Shown here piece by piece: positions 26,358 to 34,796 of a stretch of DNA of 64,000 nt. The notes below the pieces were generated by a model. The model did no database searches. It worked only from the letters and a program-made list of their open reading frames with translations, and was not told the origin of the DNA. The DNA is from Candidatus Omnitrophota bacterium. GTDB taxonomy: Bacteria > Omnitrophota > Omnitrophia > Omnitrophales > Aquincolibacteriaceae. A program made the position numbers and the translations under genes. The stretch is from the NCBI GenBank assembly GCA_903884815.1, contig CAISGE010000032.1:5978-69977 (forward strand). The letters run 5' to 3'. Each line of letters begins with the position of its first letter. The first letter of the stretch is position 1.

Positions 26358-28016
26358 ATGAATAAGTGGCGTCGTTTAAGATTGTTTTGGATGGATCATT
26401 GGTTCAAGATCACGATTATTCTCGCCTCGGTCATCCTGGTCGGTCTCTCTTGGTGGGGGATGGCTTCGCTTGAAAGCTATTACCGGAACATTACCCTCGC
26501 CCAATTGCCCCTGCAAATGATCATCATGGTCATTAATGCTGTGGTGTTCGCCTACATCTATATGCTGCTTTTCCGGGGGGGCCTCGGAAAAATGGATGAT
26601 AAAAAGAGCATCAAGGCTAAAAACGTCCAGGTCAAGTTCTCGGATGTGATCGGGATCGATGAAGCGAAGGACGAGTGCTGGGAAGTGGTGGAGCTTATCA
26701 AAGACCACGCGCGCCTCAAAAAGATCGGCGGCAGGATCCTTCGCGGCATTCTGATGATGGGGCCTCCGGGATGCGGGAAAACGTATCTTGCCAAGGCGAT
26801 CGCCACAGAAGCGGGTCTGCCGTTTCTCTCTATGGCCGCCAGCGAATTCAACGAGATCTTTGTGGGGGTGGGGGCGAGCCGCGTGCGCCAGCTTTTCAAG
26901 AAAGCAACAAGGCTCGCGTATGGTTTCGGCGGCTGCATCGTTTTCATCGACGAACTGGACGCGATGGGACAGAAAAGGACGTTCAATCAATTCGGCAGCG
27001 GCGAAGGAAATACGACGCAGAACCAGTTGCTCGTGGCAATGGACGGACTAAGCGACAAAGCTGAGAATATCATCGTGATCGGCGCGACGAATGCTTCGGA
27101 GGATATCCTGGATCCGGCGCTTCTCAGGCCCGGACGTTTCGACCGCAAAGTCTATATCAAGAAACCGAATCTGGAAGGCCGCGAATCGCTCTTCCGTTAT
27201 TATTTGAGCAAGGTCAAATACGAGGCGGCGATCGATTGCAAACGCCTGGCGCGCAAGGCGGTCGATAAATCGCCGGCGGATATTGAGAATATCGTCAAGG
27301 AATCCGCGCTGATCGCGACGCGCAACAAAAAGGATGTGGTGGGGTTGCGTGATCTTTCCGAGGCGATCGAGCGGATCGAACTCGGGATGAAGCAAAAATT
27401 GACGATCAATGCCCGCGAGCGGGAGATGACCGCGTATCATGAGACCGGCCATTTGATCGTGACGTATCTGTCGCATCCCCGCGATGACGTATTCAAGGCT
27501 TCGATCATACCGAGGAAGTCTTCGCTCGGAGTCGTTCACCCGACTTCGATCGAAGAATGGCATGGCCGTGACCGCGAAACCATGTTTGCCGATATCAAGA
27601 TCTGTCTGGCAGGGTATGTGGCGGAGAAGATCAAATTCAATACCACGACTACCGGCGTGACCTCGGATTTCAAGCAGGCGATGAACGTCGCCCATTTCAT
27701 GGTATGGGTGCTTGGCATGGGGTCTTCCGGAATGATCGGCGACTATACGATCTACAAGGACAGCAATGCCCTTTTCCTTTCCGAAGACGTGAAGATGCGG
27801 CTGAACCAGGATGTGGACAAGATCCTCAGAGAGTGTATGACCGAAGTCGATGCGCTGCTCCGGAAGGAAAAAGATCTTTTTGAGCGTTTTGCGCACGAGC
27901 TTCTGACCAAGCAAGAGCTCGACTACGATGAGATCGAGGCGATCTTTGCTGAGTTCGGGAAGGTGAATCCGCGCCGGTCTTATCTGACGCAGGGCACGGA
28001 ACTGCCGAAGGTTTAA
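26358..28016 (+). CDS. ftsH: FtsH-like membrane AAA+ metalloprotease (M41)
   Basis: Two TM helices, GPPGCGKT, FVGVGASRVR, FIDELD, LLRPGRFDR, AYHETGH and downstream Glu (VAEK). Confidence 0.85.
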   Translation: MNKWRRLRLFWMDHWFKITIILASVILVGLSWWGMASLESYYRNITLAQLPLQMIIMVINAVVFAYIYMLLFRGGLGKMDDKKSIKAKNVQVKFSDVIGIDEAKDECWEVVELIKDHARLKKIGGRILRGILMMGPPGCGKTYLAKAIATEAGLPFLSMAASEFNEIFVGVGASRVRQLFKKATRLAYGFGGCIVFIDELDAMGQKRTFNQFGSGEGNTTQNQLLVAMDGLSDKAENIIVIGATNASEDILDPALLRPGRFDRKVYIKKPNLEGRESLFRYYLSKVKYEAAIDCKRLARKAVDKSPADIENIVKESALIATRNKKDVVGLRDLSEAIERIELGMKQKLTINAREREMTAYHETGHLIVTYLSHPRDDVFKASIIPRKSSLGVVHPTSIEEWHGRDRETMFADIKICLAGYVAEKIKFNTTTTGVTSDFKQAMNVAHFMVWVLGMGSSGMIGDYTIYKDSNALFLSEDVKMRLNQDVDKILRECMTEVDALLRKEKDLFERFAHELLTKQELDYDEIEAIFAEFGKVNPRRSYLTQGTELPKV

Positions 28017-28020
28017 GGTC

Positions 28021-29484
28021 TTGGACTCGAAAGCTGTTTTTTCACGAAAAGGGGACAGTCCCTCTAAGGTTTTCAAGGGACTGTCCCCTTTGCTTTTCCT
28101 GTTATGCCTTCTGCTGCTCTCCGGCTGCAGTCCCGTCACATATCCGGAAGCCAAAGTCAAGCAAGCCCTTCAGGATATTGCCCTCAAGGAGTACAAGATC
28201 CCGCATATTGATGTGGAGTTTGCCGGGACGACCCTCGGCGTTTTCCTGCCGCTCGACCGCTTGTTCGCCGCGGACCTCAAGGCGGCCCTTTTGAGCGGAA
28301 AGGTCACGGACATGGAAAGTCTTTTCCAGCCGACGGATGAGGTGATCGATAAAGTCGAGAATATTCTGTTTTCTATGTCGCGCGTTATGCTGAGCACGGA
28401 CAAAAAGATCGATTTCTATTATCTCCAGGCCACGGATGTCGAGAAAAGCGGCATGGATCTGACCTTTATCGGGCAGATCGACGATCTCAAGCGAGTCCGG
28501 TTCTTGGACATTCCGCGCAGCGAATATCGCAAACGTATTATCCACGACCTTCAGATGAACCGCGCCGCGCTTTGGCACCGCCCGGTCCGGCATTTTTTCA
28601 AGGACCTGAACGAAGGCAAGACGGAGGAGGTCCAGAAATCCTATTTCCCCAATACCGCGCAGGCGAAGTGGGCGCGGGAATTCTTTTTTACGGATGCCGC
28701 AGGCGCGGTCTTGCCGCAAGGCCGCGCGCAGTGGACTCTCCTCGATTTACGAAGTATTCCGATACAGGATAACGACATTGTCGTCTATGCCAAGGCCCAG
28801 GTCGCTCCCAAGGTTCCGTCGGATAAAAGCATCCGGTCCGGGACGATGGAATATTTGTTTCAGATCTCCACAGCGGGGGACACGGAAAAAATCCGGCGTA
28901 TCATCCCCCTGGCTTATCTGGATGACAAGGTCACCAACCTGGGTTTTACGTTCACCCGGGCGATGGTGGCTCAAAGCCTTCCGAACTGGGAGAAGGAGTT
29001 CACGACGCCGGACCTGACCATGGGGGATTTTCTTGCGCGCCAATTCACGCGGCGATTTCAGCAGCTGGCCGGGGAGGATGAACGGCTTTTCAATACCTTC
29101 AAGAGCGTTAAACTTGCCGTCCGATTCGAAGAGATGCCCGACAGACATTTTCTTTTCAGCGCCGCGGCACCGCTCAAAGGGGTCGGGCAGGTCGCCTATC
29201 ATCCTGAAAAAGGGCTTCATGAAGACGTGCTTTATTTTTGGGAACGCGTGGCCCGGGAATTCGTCCAAGTGCTTCGCAGTTACAGCTTCCAGGATTATCA
29301 GTCTCTTCAGTTTCAAATATATGAGAACGGGAAGCTCCTAACCTGGACCGCAAGCCGGGAAGATCTCGAGCTTTTCAGGCGGCACAAAATGAAATTTTCC
29401 TCAATACTCCATCTTTCTGAAAGCGTTTCCGAGGCCGTTGAAGTCCCTGAAGAAGCGGAGCCGGCGAACTCAGCTGTTTCATAG
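28021..29484 (+). CDS. Hypothetical lipoprotein
   Basis: 487-aa ORF directly after ftsH-like gene; LLFLLCLLLLSGC lipobox. Confidence 0.7.
   Translation: MDSKAVFSRKGDSPSKVFKGLSPLLFLLCLLLLSGCSPVTYPEAKVKQALQDIALKEYKIPHIDVEFAGTTLGVFLPLDRLFAADLKAALLSGKVTDMESLFQPTDEVIDKVENILFSMSRVMLSTDKKIDFYYLQATDVEKSGMDLTFIGQIDDLKRVRFLDIPRSEYRKRIIHDLQMNRAALWHRPVRHFFKDLNEGKTEEVQKSYFPNTAQAKWAREFFFTDAAGAVLPQGRAQWTLLDLRSIPIQDNDIVVYAKAQVAPKVPSDKSIRSGTMEYLFQISTAGDTEKIRRIIPLAYLDDKVTNLGFTFTRAMVAQSLPNWEKEFTTPDLTMGDFLARQFTRRFQQLAGEDERLFNTFKSVKLAVRFEEMPDRHFLFSAAAPLKGVGQVAYHPEKGLHEDVLYFWERVAREFVQVLRSYSFQDYQSLQFQIYENGKLLTWTASREDLELFRRHKMKFSSILHLSESVSEAVEVPEEAEPANSAVS
28048..28091. repeat. GGGGACAGTCCC / GGGACTGTCCCC palindromic element
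   Basis: aaaggggacagtccct ... agggactgtccccttt perfect inverted repeat. Confidence 0.85.
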
Positions 29485-29491
29485 CTTTTTC

Positions 29492-29519
29492 TTTACCCTC
29501 CTGCGCGCGGTGGTATAAT
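29492..29519 (+). promoter_or_regulatory. Sigma70-type promoter for rbr-fba region
   Basis: TTTACC-N16-TATAAT with TG extended -10 (tggtataat). Confidence 0.55.
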
Positions 29520-29547
29520 AACGCCTTGTTTCGGAAGGAATCCCCCC

Positions 29548-29713
29548 ATCCGTGTCTTCCATTCTTTTAATTAATGGTGACAGGGACGGTCCTGACTTTT
29601 ATTTTCTTTTTCGAAATGGTAGTCAGGACCGCCCCAATCTCAGCTTTGCTGAGATTGATTGGGATTGGGAAGGCCCCAATTTCCACGGCGTGGAAGTTGA
29701 TAGGTATTGGGGC
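29548..29713 (+). other. Four-hairpin structured leader element, copy 1 (candidate cis-regulatory RNA or MITE-like repeat)
   Basis: Colinear homolog at 48351-48516 with compensatory stem changes. Confidence 0.75.
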
Positions 29714-29758
29714 TGGTCCTATTCCGGTGGCAATTCACTTCAACATCAGGAGGCTTGT

Positions 29759-30346
29759 ATGGCAGAATTTAAAGGAAGCAAAACGGCCGAAAATCTTATG
29801 AAGGCGTTCGCCGGGGAATCCCAGGCGCGCAATCGGTACTCCTATTATTCCAAGATTGCCTACAAGGAAGGTTACCGCCAGATCTCGAACATTTTCCAGG
29901 AGACCGCTGATAACGAAAAAGAACATGCCAAGCTTTTTTATAGTCAACTGATCAAGCATGGCTTGAACGAGAATCCCGTTGAGATCCACGCGACCTATCC
30001 TGTGGCGATGGGCGATACGCTTCATAATCTCGGCTATGCCGCCGCAGGGGAGAAGGAAGAATGGACGGATCTTTATCCGTCCTTCGCGGCAGTCGCGGAT
30101 CAGGAAGGTTTTTCTGATGTGGCGCGGACCTTCAAGCAGGTGGCGATGGTCGAAAAACGCCATGAAGAGCGGTACAGCAAGCTTCACAATGTCCTGGAAC
30201 AGCATAAACTTTTCGTCAAAGACGGAAAGGTTTACTGGAAATGCCTCGAATGCGGGTATATCGTTGAAGCCTCCAAGGCCCCCGAGCGTTGCCCTGTCTG
30301 TGATCATCCTCAGGGGCATTTTGAGATCTGGATCGAGAACTATTAA
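29759..30346 (+). CDS. rbr: Rubrerythrin
   Basis: [28 protein letters not shown]-terminal CLEC...CPVC; AGGAGG RBS before ATG 29759. Confidence 0.95.
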   Translation: MAEFKGSKTAENLMKAFAGESQARNRYSYYSKIAYKEGYRQISNIFQETADNEKEHAKLFYSQLIKHGLNENPVEIHATYPVAMGDTLHNLGYAAAGEKEEWTDLYPSFAAVADQEGFSDVARTFKQVAMVEKRHEERYSKLHNVLEQHKLFVKDGKVYWKCLECGYIVEASKAPERCPVCDHPQGHFEIWIENY

Positions 30347-30403
30347 CACAACAGATTGCGGTCGATAGACTGCAGTCCTCAGTCTAATCAAAGGAGAATC
30401 AAA

Positions 30404-31411
30404 ATGACATCGTATAAGGAATTAGGATTTGTCAATACGCGCGAAATGTTCCAGAAGGCCGTCAAAGGCGGATACGCGATCCCGGCCTACAATTTTAATA
30501 ACATGGAGCAGATCCAGGCGATCGTCATGGCTTGCGTGGAATCTCAGTCCCCGGTGATCCTTCAGGTTTCAAGCGGCGCGCGCAAGTATGCCAACCAGAC
30601 ACTTCTCCAGTACATGGGCAAGGGCGCGATCGAGATGATGAAGGCCTACGCTAAAGAAAAAGGTCTCAAACCGATCCCGATGGCGCTTCACTTGGATCAC
30701 GGAGATAGTCTGGAACTTGTCAAATCCTGCATCGAATCGGGATTTTCTTCCGTAATGATCGATGGATCGCATCTCCCTTTTGAGAAGAATATTGAACTGA
30801 CCAAACAGGTTGTGGAGTTCGCGCATAAGAACGACGTGACCGTGGAAGGCGAACTCGGCGTGTTGGCCGGTATTGAGGACGAAGTGAGCGCGGAACATTC
30901 CACCTACACGGATCCAAAGGATGTGATCAAGTTCGTCAAGGAAACCGGTGTGGATTCTCTCGCGATCTCGATCGGGACCTCTCACGGGGCCAACAAATTC
31001 AAGCCTTCCCAGTGCACCCGGAATGCCGACGGGGTTTTGATCCCGCCGATGCTCCGTTTTGATATTCTCAAAGACATCGAGAAAGAGATCCCCGGTTTTC
31101 CGATCGTCATGCACGGTTCATCCTCCGTGCCTGTGGAAGCCGTGAAGATCATCAATGAAAACGGCGGTGCTATGAAGGACACCATTGGGATCCCTGAGGA
31201 ATGGATCCGCGAGGCGACAAAATCGGCTGTTTGCAAAGTCAATATAGATTCTGACGGCCGTCTCTGGATGACCGCGGTGATCCGCAAGATTTTCAAAGAG
31301 AAACCCGCGGAATTCGATCCGCGCAAGTATCTCGGGCCCGCCCGCGACGCGCTTGTGGCAATGTATAAGCATAAGAACCAGAATGTATTGGGTTCAGCCG
31401 GGAAAGCATAA
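30404..31411 (+). CDS. fba: Class II fructose-1,6-bisphosphate aldolase
   Basis: LHLDHG, SVMIDGSH, EGELG, GTSHGA, HGSS, KVNIDSD, FDPRKYL. Confidence 0.95.
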   Translation: MTSYKELGFVNTREMFQKAVKGGYAIPAYNFNNMEQIQAIVMACVESQSPVILQVSSGARKYANQTLLQYMGKGAIEMMKAYAKEKGLKPIPMALHLDHGDSLELVKSCIESGFSSVMIDGSHLPFEKNIELTKQVVEFAHKNDVTVEGELGVLAGIEDEVSAEHSTYTDPKDVIKFVKETGVDSLAISIGTSHGANKFKPSQCTRNADGVLIPPMLRFDILKDIEKEIPGFPIVMHGSSSVPVEAVKIINENGGAMKDTIGIPEEWIREATKSAVCKVNIDSDGRLWMTAVIRKIFKEKPAEFDPRKYLGPARDALVAMYKHKNQNVLGSAGKA

Positions 31412-31414
31412 AAA

Positions 31415-31482
31415 CAGTACGAGGTACGGAGTACGGGGTAAGGCGTGAAATTTTTTACTTCGTACGCCGTACTCCGTACACA
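31415..31482. repeat. Heptamer-built inverted repeat, GTACG family copy B
   Basis: cagtacg aggtacg gagtacg gggtaag gcgtgaa ... ttacttc gtacgcc gtactcc gtacaca. Confidence 0.8.
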
Positions 31483-31504
31483 ATGCCCTAAGGAGGGAAT
31501 TGAT

Positions 31505-31882
31505 ATGAAGAAAATATTTCCGTTAGTGATGGTGTTGTCGCTTTTGGTTTCGTGCCCTGCGTTCGCGGGAGAGGCGAAAAAGGATGAAATGCCGGGCATG
31601 GGAATGCCGCATGGCATGGGGATGGGCATGGGGATGGGCATGGGAATGATGCCTGGAATGGGACAGAAGGATTGCGCCATGTGCAAGACCCAAATGGTCG
31701 CGACGGATGAGGGCGGCGTTTTCGTTCTTGCCGGCACCAAGCTCACGAAGTATGACGCGGATCTCAATGTTGTCAAAGAGATCGAGATTAAAATGCCGAT
31801 GCCGGGCATGGGCGGAAAACAGTGCCCCATGATGGGGAAGACAACGGACCAAGGTCCCGCTGAATCCCAGGCAAAACAATAA
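31505..31882 (+). CDS. Exported Met/Gly-rich small protein (possible metal binder)
   Basis: Signal peptide, MGMGMGMGM tract, CAMC and CPMM motifs; AGGAGG RBS. Confidence 0.7.
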   Translation: MKKIFPLVMVLSLLVSCPAFAGEAKKDEMPGMGMPHGMGMGMGMGMGMMPGMGQKDCAMCKTQMVATDEGGVFVLAGTKLTKYDADLNVVKEIEIKMPMPGMGGKQCPMMGKTTDQGPAESQAKQ

Positions 31883-31903
31883 GAATCCACCGAAAGGGCT
31901 TCT

Positions 31904-33133
31904 ATGAAAAAAAAGATCAGTCTGCTCGTCCTCCTGTGTCTGATCCTTTCACAGACGCTCTCCTTCGGAGCTGTCACACTGGAAGACCTGCGACTTCCGA
32001 AGGATTTCTTTCCCGGGAAGTCGCCTTACGCCAAGATCGTGTCCATTCAGGAGAATCCACAGTTCCCGGGTTTTCTGACATTCTCGGTCACCGCTCCTCA
32101 CGGGAGTTACACGGTCCACGGTTTGACGAATTTGAAGAAATGTCTCCTTGAGATCGATGTGATCGAACAGCTCAACCGGAATGAAGATACCGGAAGCGGG
32201 GTCGCGGAGGGCGCGGTCGATTCCCTCAAGGACACCGGGACCGGACTGAAGAACATCGTGGTGCACCCCTTGAATTCCGCTTCGGGGATCGGTAAAGGGG
32301 TCGGGAAATTAGGGGGCAAGATCGGGGGCGTTTTTCGCAAGAAAGAAGCCGGAGAAAAAGGCGACGGATTTTTAGGCTCCAGCAAGCGTCAACTCGCCAA
32401 GAAGCTTGGCGTGGACGTCTATAGCCGTAATCCCAACCTTCAGGCGAAACTGGATTCCATGGCCAAGGCCAACATGGGCGGTCGGGGGATCGTGGCGGTA
32501 GCGACTTTTTTTGTCCCGGTTGGATTCATTGCGTCTGCCGTCATGACCGTCAGCAACATCAATAACGCGGCGGATCAGCTGGTCAATGACAGTGACCGCA
32601 GCGACCTTTTCAAGATGAATCAAAAAGCGCTTTTGACCCTCGGCTTTTCCGGCGAGAAAGTGCTGAAATTTCTCAACCATCCCTATTACACGCCGCGTGA
32701 GTTGACCTATCTCCGTTTTTACCTGGAAAAACTCAAAAAGGTTGAGGGTTTCGAGGTGCTTCTGGACCGCGCGGTTGCGGCTGTTACGGAAATCCCAGCC
32801 GACAAGATCCTTCATGAGATCCAGATCACTGCAGATTCGGTCGGGGATGCCCCGAATGGAATGAAGCTTACTGTGGTCCCGGAAGGGATCATTTTGACGA
32901 CTGCGGACAAGGCGGCACTCATCACAGCCTATGACTTTGTGGATCAGTCCGCGCTCGGGAAGCGTCTTACCGATGTGGCCATTGATTCTCGCAAAAGTCT
33001 CAACAAGAGATCGGCGGAGATCTGGAACGGCGGCGCGATGAGCTCCGCGTTCGGCGGGGCGCTTCTCTCGAAGGGTATTACGGTTCAGCGTATGTGTCTC
33101 TTCGAATCGGCCAGTGCAGCCAAGGCCGTCTAA
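31904..33133 (+). CDS. Hypothetical exported protein
   Basis: Signal peptide; KRQLAKKLGVDVYSRNP motif; 409 aa with host-like codon usage. Confidence 0.7.
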   Translation: MKKKISLLVLLCLILSQTLSFGAVTLEDLRLPKDFFPGKSPYAKIVSIQENPQFPGFLTFSVTAPHGSYTVHGLTNLKKCLLEIDVIEQLNRNEDTGSGVAEGAVDSLKDTGTGLKNIVVHPLNSASGIGKGVGKLGGKIGGVFRKKEAGEKGDGFLGSSKRQLAKKLGVDVYSRNPNLQAKLDSMAKANMGGRGIVAVATFFVPVGFIASAVMTVSNINNAADQLVNDSDRSDLFKMNQKALLTLGFSGEKVLKFLNHPYYTPRELTYLRFYLEKLKKVEGFEVLLDRAVAAVTEIPADKILHEIQITADSVGDAPNGMKLTVVPEGIILTTADKAALITAYDFVDQSALGKRLTDVAIDSRKSLNKRSAEIWNGGAMSSAFGGALLSKGITVQRMCLFESASAAKAV

Positions 33134-33158
33134 GCGGATCGAGAAAGCCTTTTCTTTT

Positions 33159-34115
33159 ATGAAAAAAAAGCCCCTTTGTCTTGTGACCGGCGGCGCCGGC
33201 TTTATCGGGTCGAATATTGTGGACGGCCTTATTTCCCAAGGGTGCCGGGTCCGGGTCCTGGATAATCTCTCGACCGGAAAACGCGAGAACCTGGCGCATC
33301 TAGGCTCCCGGGTCAAGTTGATCAAAGGCGATCTCCGTAGCGAGTGCGATCTGAAAAGGGCCGTTCGCGGGGTCGACTATGTTTTTCACTTGGCGGCGAT
33401 CGCCTCGGTACCGCAGTCCGTGGCCCAACCTGTCGAAACGCATGACGTGAACGTGACAGGAACGTTCCGTCTTTTGCGCGAAAGCGCCAAGGCGGGAGCG
33501 AAGCGTCTGATTTTTACGTCCTCCTCGGCGATCTACGGTGAGACGGACCATTTTCCTTCTAAAGAGACCGACCTGCCGCAGCCCGAGTCTCCGTATGCCG
33601 CCTCCAAGATCATGGGGGAGTATTATTGCCGGAATTTCGCGCAGTTCTTTGGCCTCGAAACGGTGGCGCTCCGTTATTTCAACGTCTATGGTCCGCGGCA
33701 GAACCCGAAGTCGCGCTACGCGAACGTGGTGCCCATTTTCCTTAAGTGCATCCTGGACGGCGTCACGCCGGAAGTCCACTGGGATGGAAAGCAGTCCCGC
33801 GATTTTGTCTATGTCGACGACGTGGTGGCCGCCAACCTTCTGGCCATGAAAAAATCGGGGATCTCCGGTGAGTCCTTCAATATCGGGTCTCAATCGGAGG
33901 CTCGCGTGATTGATTGCCTGCGGGGGATTCAGAAGGTTCTCGGGCTGAAGACTTTGAAGATGGTTTATAAGCCTAAACGGGAGGGGGATGTCCGCAGGAC
34001 GTCGGCGGATATCGGAAAAGCCCGTAGGCTTTTGGGATACCAGCCCCGCGTGAATTTCGATAATGGGATCCGCGAAACCGTTCACTGGTTCCTGAAAAAC
34101 GCCGACCGTTTGTAA
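33159..34115 (+). CDS. NAD-dependent nucleotide-sugar epimerase/dehydratase (extended SDR)
   Basis: TGGAGFIGS, SPYAASK, RYFNVYGPRQ, QSRDFVYV. Confidence 0.92.
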   Translation: MKKKPLCLVTGGAGFIGSNIVDGLISQGCRVRVLDNLSTGKRENLAHLGSRVKLIKGDLRSECDLKRAVRGVDYVFHLAAIASVPQSVAQPVETHDVNVTGTFRLLRESAKAGAKRLIFTSSSAIYGETDHFPSKETDLPQPESPYAASKIMGEYYCRNFAQFFGLETVALRYFNVYGPRQNPKSRYANVVPIFLKCILDGVTPEVHWDGKQSRDFVYVDDVVAANLLAMKKSGISGESFNIGSQSEARVIDCLRGIQKVLGLKTLKMVYKPKREGDVRRTSADIGKARRLLGYQPRVNFDNGIRETVHWFLKNADRL

Positions 34116-34198
34116 ACCAGCGCGAACTTTAAGAGGAAGTGTTTTAAAGAAATCTGTTCATTGGATCCGTGAAAATCTATCACAAGGAGATAAACACC

Positions 34199-34786
34199 AT
34201 GAGACATCTGATCATTTATGCGCATCCCAATCCAGCGAGTTTCAATCACGCGATCAAAGAGACGCTGGTTCGCGTTCTGAAGGAGAAAGGCCAGGAGGTC
34301 CGTGTCCGTGATCTTTACGCCCTCGGGTTTGATCCGGTGCTCAAGGCCAGTGACTTCGTGGCTTTGCTCGCGGGCAAGATGCCTACGGATATCGTGACCG
34401 AACAGGACCATATTCGTTGGGCCGATCAGATCACGTTCCTCTATCCGGTCTGGTGGGGTCGTATGCCTTCGATGGCGATGGGATATATCGACCGCGTGTT
34501 CAGCAAAGGCTTTGCTTATGACTACAGTCCCAACGGTCCCGTGGGATTGCTCCCGGGGAAGAAGGCTTATGCTTTTAGCACGATGGGGGCACCGTTCGCG
34601 TTTGCCGAATCTTCTGGCGGGATCAAGAGCATGGAACAGATCATCGACAACGAGACCTTCCGTTTTTGCGGTATGGAAATGGTGGGGCACAAGTATTTCG
34701 GTTCCGTGCCGACCGTGACGGTCGAAGAACGCAAAAAAATGCTCGAAGAAGTGGCCGCGGTTGCTGCCGCCTGGCCGGTCCGGTAG
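34199..34786 (+). CDS. Flavodoxin-fold NAD(P)H:quinone oxidoreductase (MdaB/KefF family)
   Basis: YAHPNPASFN, RDLY, YPVWW, GYIDRVF. Confidence 0.9.
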   Translation: MRHLIIYAHPNPASFNHAIKETLVRVLKEKGQEVRVRDLYALGFDPVLKASDFVALLAGKMPTDIVTEQDHIRWADQITFLYPVWWGRMPSMAMGYIDRVFSKGFAYDYSPNGPVGLLPGKKAYAFSTMGAPFAFAESSGGIKSMEQIIDNETFRFCGMEMVGHKYFGSVPTVTVEERKKMLEEVAAVAAAWPVR

Positions 34787-34796
34787 GGAAGGCCTC

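Noticed and set aside
29548-29713. Possible CRISPR mini-array (about 42-nt periodicity)
   Set aside because: The recurring junction is only about 9 nt, the units are self-complementary stems conserved between copies rather than unique spacers, and no cas genes are present
29552-29758. 69-aa N-terminal extension of rubrerythrin in the ORF track
   Set aside because: It translates the non-coding hairpin element; a strong AGGAGG RBS precedes ATG 29759 and the homologous copy at 48351 is not part of a matching ORF
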